Part shown: positions 47,601 through 56,453 of the stretch, in pieces | Layout: every line of letters begins with the position of its first letter | Position numbering within the stretch: the stretch's first letter is position 1 | NCBI GenBank assembly: GCA_950097015.1 | Contig: CATNEN010000025.1 | Coordinates: forward strand, 7,688,001-7,752,000 | DNA from: Macrostomum hystrix | Taxonomy: Eukaryota; Animalia; Platyhelminthes | Length of the DNA stretch: 64,000 nt | Direction of reading: 5' to 3' | The notes under the pieces: model-generated | Databases searched by the model: none | Told to the model about the DNA's origin: nothing | The model's input: the letters and a program-made list of their open reading frames with translations, nothing else | Made by a program: the position numbers and the translations under genes

Positions 47601-48371
47601 CGTAAGGCACTTACGTGCTTACTGTCAGTAGTGGGGTGTGCCGCGAATCGAGGGGGCAAAAACTTACATTACCCTACTGTATACCGTAAAGAACCTTAAG
47701 AAGAAATCCGCTAGAGAAGAAATCCTAGGTCATCGTACGTAACAATACTGCTATAAATAGATTGTGTGCGAGAGTGTAAAGGTCGGCGCCCCTAGCGACT
47801 AAGGGATAGAGTCCTGAGGGGAGGTGGGTGCGCATTCCGGCTGAGTTAAGGTTGTTCTCGTTGCCAGGGGTGCCGTGTCCCGGCTCGCCTTCTCCTCCAG
47901 GTGGCTGCAGCTGTCCCCGTCTTTCCCTGCCCGGCTTGGTCTCGGTTGCGCAATCCCGGGAGGCTCCGGCCGTTTTCTCCTTAAGTCCGAGGGTCCGGCC
48001 GTGCTCTTCCCCAGGTGGCTCCGGGTTGGTTGGTCCGTTCGCGCCTTCCCGATTCCGTTGCCGGGCCGTGGTAGCCTCTGATTCGCCGCGCGCCCAGGTG
48101 TTTTCAGCTGGCCGGGCCCGAAAATTCTCGTCGGGCCGGTTGCCTAGCCGTTGCGCGCGGCCCAATCGGCGCTGCAGCTGGTCGCAGCTGGGGAAACCGC
48201 TGCTCAGGCCGCTTGTGATGCTGTTGCCGGCCGAGGTGTCTCCTCACCGAAAAGGTCAGGGCCCCAACAACTAAACTGTTACCATGAGCCCCCTAAACTG
48301 GTTCTGTCCGGAATTCCCACTTTGCTCCCATTGGCTGGCGGTTAGACCGCCACGTCTCCCTAAATTAGCCC

Positions 48372-48378
48372 TATAAAA
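48372..48378 (+). promoter_or_regulatory. TATA box (TATAAAA) upstream of the antisense spliced gene in the LTR element
   Basis: CCCTATAAAAGC lies about 200 bp upstream of the ATG at 48570. Confidence 0.5.
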
Positions 48379-48569
48379 GCAAACACTTGGCGCCCCATTA
48401 ACCTCAAGCCTCTTTATCTCTCCAAACAATCACCTATCCTACAGCAAGTTTTTCTAAATTCTCCTCGGCTAACTGCTAAGCTGCAAAAGTAACCTTCGAG
48501 AGTTGCCTGCAATCGCCACCTAGTCTGCGTCGCCCCGATCGCTTAATTACGTGCTCTGATTCTTGCACT

Positions 48570-49209
48570 ATGGCCCAGCCGCAGTCTGGAGAAGAAAGGT
48601 GAGTTATTTGACTTCTACTCGGCCCCCCAAGGCCGGTTATTAAGGATTATTGCGAGGGTTATTGCATAAGAATTAGAATAAACAGAGTCCCCCCCTACCC
48701 ACGGCACGCCATCTATCCCGAGAATCTGAAATTGACCCCGACCCCAAAACTGCGAAAAGGAACCCTTCCTGAGTTAATGATTGATTAAATTGAAAGTTAC
48801 TTAGTCTGCGATTGCCACCACTATTCTTCCATTCCTAATCGGACTACACCACTCTTCGCTTTCAGCAGCTACCCGCTCGGTGCTTTCGAGCCGGAGCCTC
48901 GGCGCCGGGCCAGCTCAGGCGGTCCCATCTCTGTCTCGTTTGTGATGAGTAAGTTGGCATTGACAAAACTACACTTCCCCCCCTCCACTCTGGATGTCAC
49001 CATTTGAAACTTCTGCCTGCAGAACGCCACTGCGCCTTACTAAACTACTCCTCCACCTTGTTTTCGCAGACATAGACGTGCCCGAAGGCCGGGAGGCCGA
49101 CCTGGCGGCCATCGTTTCTAGCCTCATTAGAGGCCCGCTGGGCGTGGCCCTGGCTGTCGGAGTGGCCTTCACTGCTCTTGCGCTGCTGACCCTGATCTAC
49201 TTGATGTGA
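48570..49209 (+). CDS. Putative three-exon 83-aa tail-anchored membrane protein, antisense within the LTR element
   Basis: Exons 48570-48598 (AG|GTGAGT), 48866-48948 (TTTCAG| … |GTAAGT) and 49070-49209 (TTTTCGCAG|), phases 2 and 1, 252 nt with no internal stop. C-terminal hydrophobic helix LGVALAVGVAFTALALLTLIYLM. Confidence 0.62.
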
Positions 49210-50520
49210 CACTGTCCTACTATGCCTACTGACTCGCCGTGCCAGGCTTACTGACTGACCTAACTGCATGCATTTCTGCCATCTCTTATAATGCCACATA
49301 ATACATTACAACATAAACGCCACCATTTGAAACGTAAAACGAAAATTTGCTATCTGTGTCCGACTTCCTTCCTAGATGAAACATTACTGCTCAAATTTTA
49401 CGACTGCCTAGTAACAAAAAACTAACTGATAGACTGTCAATGAGTTTTTAAAACGTCTGGAACCTTAATTCCTACGATTTATTACTATTCTACCCTTCCA
49501 GGTACCTAGATTCGGGCTCCCAGCTGCTAGCTTCTGGCTCCCAAATAATGTTTCTTTTTGTCTTTTCTGACCCTAACAAAAGAAAAATTATCATTTTGAA
49601 ATCTGTCGCTCATTGAAACAGCCAGATTGTCTCCCCTAGAACTTGAATACCTGACCCTACCGGCTTCTTGATTTACAACCGCCCACTCTTTAAACAAACA
49701 TTAAGAAAAACTCCCGAAACATACCACCCCGCTCACTTTAGCGGGTTGGTATACCCCCTAAATAGAAGCCGGCATAGCTAAACTCCCGAAACCAAGCATA
49801 GAGAACATGTAAGATAAGCAAGTTTGCGAAAAGTAGGTGCGAACCCTAGTTTGCAGCAGTTATTACGAAAATATTTCATGCGAAAATTCGTACTAGGGGA
49901 GTTTCACCCCACTAAGTATGTTTTTGGATTTTGATTAGTTTATATGAGTTTTTAAGAGGGTTTGGCGCCGAGATGGCCCTTTTTGATTTGAAACCGCCTT
50001 CCCTCCCTTAAAGAAACATAGAATTTCCCATGGCATACCACCCCGCTCACTTTAGCGGGTTGGTGTCCCTCCTAATTTAGAAGTTGTCCTAAATTGAACT
50101 CCCACAGACCCACCAATATGAACAAGATAAGGCAGAGGTGCCATGCATGATGTGGTGCGATTAAAGTAAAATGCTCTTTAAGAAAAGAAGGTGCATACCC
50201 TAGTTTGCTACAATTAGATAAGCATCTTATGTAAAAAGTATCAGGGGAATTTCACCCCACTATGTGTATTTTTGTGGTTTTGGCTAAAATTATAAGAATT
50301 TTTTTTGTGTGAGATTTTTGGCCAAGGCGGCTTTAGATGAAAAGGGAAAACATGCACAATAGGGGAAAAGGAGCGAAAAGTGCAGAGTGCGCATTATTAT
50401 TAAAGGGGGAGGAAAAAGGAAGGGGACAAAGGGGGAACAGGGGACAGGGGCCTAACAGATGGTGGTCCTGTTCCTACTATTCTACGGTCACTACCTCGGT
50501 TGACCCTACCTTGCGCTTTC

Positions 50521-51102
50521 CTATTCTTCGGCCGCCTCCTGATGGGCGTACTTTCCACCGGTCCCCTCGCTAGCTTCTTCGCCTTCCATCTCTCTCACCA
50601 TGCGGCCGAGCGTGCTGTCCCCGGGCGGTGGCTCTTCGACGATGCGATGTCCGTGGAGCCACTCACGCCAATCCGGGTCTGCCGCTGACCGCAGGGTGAT
50701 CTCTGGCATCCCGATCCGGCGCATGACCAGCTGGTGCTCCAACTCTTCCTGTCCTGGGATCCTCTTGGCTTGCAGCCAGGACGCGAGCTCATCGGGTATG
50801 GTAATGCTCCAATCCGCTGGCGGGCTGTACTCCATCCACCGCAGGTTCCAAGGGAGGTTTGCCTCGTCTTCTCCCCTAGGCGGCAGAGGGTCCCGCTCTT
50901 CGCACCACGCCTGGGCCAGCCACCTAGATTCTGCCAGCTGGCAGGCAAGGGCGAGGTCAACGCCTGCTTGGGCCGCTCGTCCTATCATGGGTAACAGCCA
51001 CAGGCGGACCATCAGCCAGGTCCTCTTCCCTGCCAGTTCGCGGCGATAATCCGTGGCGGCCACTTCTAGCCACCACGCCAGGACGGTGCCAAAGCTTGCC
51101 AT
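50521..51102 (-). CDS. Unknown Trp-rich ORF (193 aa) at the position normally held by pol
   Basis: Intact ORF from ATG 51102 (gacATGg) with 12 Trp. Same strand as gag and preceded by a polypyrimidine tract. No RT, RNase H or integrase motifs recognised. Confidence 0.6.
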   Translation of the reverse strand: MASFGTVLAWWLEVAATDYRRELAGKRTWLMVRLWLLPMIGRAAQAGVDLALACQLAESRWLAQAWCEERDPLPPRGEDEANLPWNLRWMEYSPPADWSITIPDELASWLQAKRIPGQEELEHQLVMRRIGMPEITLRSAADPDWREWLHGHRIVEEPPPGDSTLGRMVREMEGEEASEGTGGKYAHQEAAEE

Positions 51103-51254
51103 GTCTGAGACTAGTCCCTTCGTTCTTAAACTAGAATACAACTTTCCTGCTTGGCTTTCCCAGCCCTTACTTAAATAAGTCGACGACCAGAGGAGGGGGT
51201 GGGGTGGGCGAGGAAAGAAAATGGTGATTGACCCTAGGTCACGGTGACCCTCAT

Positions 51255-51804
51255 TTAAAATTTAGCCTTCCGCCTGAGTGAAAAGGGGAGAAATTGACGA
51301 TATATGATTAAGTGGCGCGAGTCAAAGTCAACGATGGCATGATGATGAGCCAACCAGGAGGCACCGAGCAGGGGAGAGCAGTCGCCCTCAACCACTAAGA
51401 ACACGGTGTCCAGCGCTTCGGTGCCAACCTGTAATTTGACCCTGACCTGCGCCTGTGCAACAATGGGTGTTCCATTATAAGCAAAAAGAGAAAATTGCGG
51501 GGGTTCGAATGGGTAGTGTTGAAAGATTGATGACAACGAGTCCGGGAGCACATTTACCATAGACCCTGTGTCGATGAGGAGGTCTAGGGGTTGTCCCTTC
51601 CACTTCCAAGGCGACCCACACCTCACTAAGCTGCTCAGAGCGATTTGGGCGGGTTCGCACTCGGGTGGGGACTCGGCCGAGTGCATTCACTCGGACTTCT
51701 CGGAGGTCGGAGGCGGCGGCTGCCGCCGCTCCGACTGTCGAGCTGCGGGCTGGGTCTCGGGGCCGTGGGACTGCCTCCAATTGGCGGCCCCGTTCCCATT
51801 TCCC
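51255..51804 (-). CDS. pro: Retroviral-type aspartic protease, predicted -1 frameshift product of gag, with one apparent 1-bp indel near 51597
   Basis: LDLLIDTGSMVNVL catalytic motif and SPLLGASWL C-terminal motif. The N-terminal strand VWVALEVEG sits in the adjacent frame and joins QPLDLL across a GGG run. Stop at 51255 directly after the domain. Confidence 0.85.
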
Positions 51805-52747
51805 TTCGCCACCTCACGATTCGCTCCGCCAGCAGCCCCGTGTTCTACACGCTTTCGGGTGCCACTGATGCCCATTTGGGTTGTGGGCAGAGAGGGGGAA
51901 TGGAGTTGGGCTTGGCTTCCCGCAGCTGCTGAGAAATCTCGGCTAGCTGCTGGGTCACCTTGGTTAATTCTGCCAGCAGCCCGTGCTGCGGCTCTGGCTG
52001 GTCCGGTTTCGTCATCTGAACCTGTCCTGATTTGGCGCACTCGCCGGCGAGGGTCCCGCTCCACCGCCATTTCATGCGCCTGCGTGGCAGCACGCAGCTC
52101 GGCGGCGGCGGCCTCAGCCGTGGCAAATTCCATCCGCATGATGGGTGCCAACACCTCGGGTGGGGCCACTATCCCCTCCATAAAAGAGGCCAGCAAAGCG
52201 CGCTCGAAGTGCACACCGTGGCCATTGGGGGTGGCCTGCAGGGCCGCTGTTCTGAGTCTATCGGCGAAGGCGGGGTACGTCTCGTCCCGTCCTGCTTCAA
52301 ATTACGCCCGCTCAGCAGCCGGGCGTAGGGGGTGCAGGCGCCACTCAGGGCCTCGGTCAGATCCTGCACGAATCTAAGGTAGGTCACCCGGCGGGGCAAC
52401 CCTAGCGCTTCGGTGAGGGGCTCGCCACTCAGGTGAGCGAGGAGGGTGAGGATTTTCTCCTCCTCGGATTCGACACCCTCCGCCTCCAGCTTCAGGTTAA
52501 ATCGGCGAAGCCAGAGGGGGAAGGAATCCTTTTCGGGATCGAGGGGTTCAATAGAAACTTTGACCCGGTGGTTCCGGGGTCGTCGCACCTCTAGCCGCTC
52601 TAAAAGCAGCGCCAGGCGCTCCACGGGGTCGGCTTGCTGTGCTGCAGCAGCCGCTGGGGGTTCGGCGCGCGCCGCAGCTGCGGCGCGGCCTCTGGGTGGG
52701 CGGTTGACTCCAACCACTTCCACCACCTCACCCTCCTGGTCGGACAT
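51687..52747 (-). CDS. gag: Gag-like capsid protein, split by one apparent 1-bp indel near 52285
   Basis: DSFPLWLRRFNLKLE…KILTLLAHLSGEPL…LKQ/DETYPAFADRLR…LLASFMEGI is a retrotransposon-gag-like pattern. ORFs 52169..52747 and 51687..52214 overlap at a GGG run. No CCHC knuckle. Confidence 0.8.
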
Positions 52748-54039
52748 TTTCGGCCAAAGAGGAATGAGGATTTTGCGAATGAAAAAGAGGGGGGGTCTGT
52801 CGCTAATGCAACAATGGGGGAAAAGGAGAAGAGGAAAAACAGATCACGACTGGAGATCGTGCGGGGGGGAAAGAAAATGAGCCTGAGCTGTCAAGTCCAG
52901 CCCTGATTAATGATGCGGCGAATTCCCTACTCCTAGAGAGCAACCCTACCGCAAAAAGGATCAAAGATCAGTGAGAGAGAAAAGGGCCCAGGGCCCTGGC
53001 TAGCTTTGCTTCCAGCCTTGGCTACTGACAAACTGTTTTGCGCGCACTCAAGGTTTGGGACATAGAAGTCTAGGTTTTAACTTAGCACTCGTTCTGCAAC
53101 CCTATAGCGGACTGTTGCACTATAGGTACGGCGGGGTCAGTACTACTGCAAGCTTGCGCCTGCAACAGCCTATCACCCTACCTTGGAAAGTACACGCCTC
53201 AATAAGATACTCAGAGAAGGGATAATCCCCGACTCGTTCAGGGAGTCATCGGTTCCCGGCTGCATTGCCGGGGGCCCCCCCTCGCGATTAACGAGACTGG
53301 GAAGCCCAGGGGGGATATACCTGGGATCTCGCTCGGATAGGAGTCCATGGCTAAAGCCTGGCTACCCCATTTAGAAAACCCCTCAAAGAATCTCTTAGAA
53401 AAACGTGCCGACCGAATTCTAGCCCATACTTGAAGTAGGCAGTTTCGAGAGGCGGGCACGGGGGTCGCTAGACCTCCCTCAGAAGTCCCACCTCCCTAAC
53501 TGTTCCCCACCAAAGTCAGACTTGGCCAAAGTTATGTGACACTTTCAAAATCAGGTACACGTAAGCAGGCCCGCAAGCTGCCCAAGAGAACCAATCCCCG
53601 GTGCTCGGCGAGTCATCGATTCCCGGCTGCATTGCCGGGGGCTCCCCTCGCTCGGTTAGAAGGCCGAACGGCGTTGCCCGGTCCCTCGTTAAGAATGGCC
53701 CCTCCCAGATCAATCACGCGGGAAAACCCCACAGACAGTGCCCGACTCCTGCAGCAGCCACTAACCCGAAGACACTCTAGCATGAAGTCCGCTCACACAG
53801 CCTACTCATAGTAGAAAGTCACTAATCAGAATTTTGGAAACTCTAACAAAAGCCTAAATTAAATTGAAACCAAATTGCAACTGTTCGGAAATTTATTGAC
53901 AGTCACTAGAACTGAGATAAGATTTAGGCATACGGAAGATGAAATCTAGAAGAAGCCCTTACGGCTAACTACCACAGAAATCTGCGGCGCTAAACTAACA
54001 ATTGAAAAAAATTCAGGTTCGTTTCGCGCCCTTTCTAAA

Positions 54040-54058
54040 TCCCACCTCGATGCCACCA
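54040..54058 (-). other. Primer binding site, tRNA-Leu-like
   Basis: TGGTGGCATCGAGGTGGGA lies 1 nt after the 5' LTR. It is complementary to a 3' end …UCCCACC..UGCCACCA resembling metazoan tRNA-Leu; the tRNA identity is an inference. Confidence 0.8.
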
Positions 54059-54059
54059 T

Positions 54060-56453
54060 TGAAATAATGCGGGTCTTTTGCTAGCCGATGACCGCCCTCA
54101 TGAAAGATAGGAGTGTGGAAAACGACGATAGAGTCGGAGGTCGATCGCTGCTGCCGCGAGTTGTCGCAGAGAGGGATGACGAAGGGAGGGATGAAGGGAG
54201 AGATGAAGGGAGAGATGAGGCGGTACAAAGGATGCAAGTGAGTGGTCCTATTGGCCTCAGGCTGGCCAGTCCCACCCAACCCATAGGCCACAGGCATGAC
54301 TGCCGTGCCCCCACCCAAGCAGTGCTCGAAACCGGCTAAAAGTCTAAATAGATGTCGGACTACCCGCAAGCGAATAGGACAGGGCTAGATAGCCTACTGT
54401 CATCAGTAGCATGTTCGTAACTGACTCCTAACTTTGGTAGCAGTGGTCGACTCGGCCTAGGCTCTTGTCTTAGAAATGCGGAAAGGCTATCGGCAAAGCG
54501 GATAATGATCGAAGGTAGCGCCACCACCCAATGCGCCTACGTTGCCACCGCAGACATTTGGGAACTTGGGTCCCCGGAGCTCGCGGCTCCCAGTTTGTCA
54601 CACAGATCTTAGACAAGCCGAAAAATAGAGCATTCTGTAACTTCCGTTTTAGACTAGGGTGAGAACCCCAGAATGGATCGAGTCACGCCTCACAAGGGGA
54701 TTCCTGAAACTGCGCTACAGTGGTCTAGAAAGGTGGTACTCCGAACCCGAATGAGAAATCCATAGCCAGAATCCTACTCATGAGACATTAGACACATTCC
54801 TTACATTAGATTGCAGCCTACACATTAAATAACTAGCAAATCGATTCTGTGTGAGTTGAGGAGAACAGAGGCAGGAGAGATTAAGCTGAACACTGGCTGA
54901 GTGATTATGCAAGCAGGAAATTATTAGATCACACCCCTCGCTCCCATGGCGGCGGCAGCGAGAGGCGGGGAACAGAAGGGAAACATTAATTGACAAGGGA
55001 GGTTGACACGCACTCCTTGATCTGCCAGAAAGAGAGGAAAAACCCGCCAAGGAATTCCCCCACCCCTAGCAGAGAAACACATGCTACGCTCCGCATATTA
55101 CTCGCAAATCCCTAGCTCCTTATTACTCTCATGCGCGCTCACAGTTATCCTCCTGCCGCAGCTTTCAGCTAGGCATCACCAGAGCCCATCCCCCTAATAA
55201 GTTAGCCACTCATGATCGAGGGCTGTCTAACGATAAAATAAGAGAAAGTGAAATGCATAGTAAAAAGGATTTAAGTTGTTATTAAAATGCCCAATAAATT
55301 AGATAAGTTGTGAATTAATAGTTTTATTAGGCTAAATCAAATCCCTGCCCTTGCCCTTTTACCCACTAGCTAAATAGTGAATCCCTTAGGGATAGCAATA
55401 ACAGTCCGCTGCGCGGGTTACTTATCTGAACACGCTGGTTGACAGGCTGCAGGCCGTCGATCTCGCGGGGGGAGTACAAATGAACAGGAGAAAAGGTGAG
55501 GAATTGCTAAGTACAGTTGGCAAGGGGCCAGACTGCAGGGAGCTCAAGGCTCAATTTGGAGCGCACCTAAGGAGGTGGCTTGCGCTTAAGGGCACTAGCA
55601 GGTAGTTGCCTGCTGCTATGATCTGGAGCCTTAGGCTCAGGGACTAGGTGCTAGCCTAGAAGGGGGAGAGTCCACGGACCGAGTTCCGGGACCGGACAAG
55701 GGAAAAAGGTTGTAAGGGCGGACGGTCCAAAGGGAGGTCCGGGGGAAGGTTAAAGGTGTCCTGGGAAGGTAGGTAGGTCGCCGGGAAAGGCTCCCGGAAA
55801 ACAGGAAAAAGGTTGTCCTAGGGACAGCGCAGCGCGCTTTCCTTAAATAGTCCTGCAGCTCCGCCAACCTCGCATTCATCAAAATAACCCACATGCTCGC
55901 CGGCCTGTCAGCGAGGAATCGGGTCGGCATTATGCCACCCCAATTGCCCACTGAAGCGGCGGCGAGAATCGCCAGATGCCCCACTAGGAGCGTCTGCCGG
56001 CAGTCGGCCAATGATTGTGATCCCGCCGGGATATGGGAAGCGCAGGCGCCGACCTGCCTATAGTGTCGTTACATGTATCTAAAGGGGGAAAGGTCATAAT
56101 CGAGCCCCGGCTCGGGTTACAGTAAAGAAGAGGGACATGAAGAATTAAAGCTCACTCTAAACGCATGAGTGATCCCGACAATCTGATCGCGGCTTGGAGG
56201 GGAATTATGACCTAAACTAGTCCATACAGTATTGCTATTTCCGCGATCAGTCACTCCTACAGGGGACTAGACAGATCCGAGACAAAGGGAATCGGCGGCT
56301 ACTTAATTCACCTCCGCCCAATGTCTGGCCCTAAGATTAATGATGGTGTTCTGCGGCCAGCTGCTATGTGGGTCGCGATTATTGACTTGCTAAAAATTGG
56401 AAAAATTAGGCTGGCTCACAACCCCACTCGATTCCGAAGTACACTCCACATCA
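54060..56453 (-). repeat. 5' LTR (2394 bp)
   Basis: Direct repeat of 45190-47579, adjacent to the PBS. Confidence 0.96.

Larger units (their letters stand above)
45190..56453 (-). mobile_element. Ty3/Gypsy-type LTR retroelement, 11264 bp, gag-pro only (non-autonomous), inserted in the 28-bp satellite
   Basis: Direct LTRs at 45190-47579 and 54060-56453 with TG...CA ends. 4-bp TSD AGAT (45186-45189 and 56454-56457); removing the element restores the satellite unit. PBS and PPT are correctly oriented for the minus strand. Gag and a DTG aspartic protease lie inside. Confidence 0.95.

Noticed and set aside
53222-53660. Hammerhead or HDV-like ribozyme in the element leader
   Set aside because: The sequence has CGAUGA rather than CUGAUGA and no GAAA core, and I could not build the nested HDV pseudoknot by eye.
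45190-56453. Assembly duplication rather than an LTR element
   Set aside because: TG..CA ends, TSD, PBS, PPT and gag-pro orientation are mutually consistent with a real insertion.
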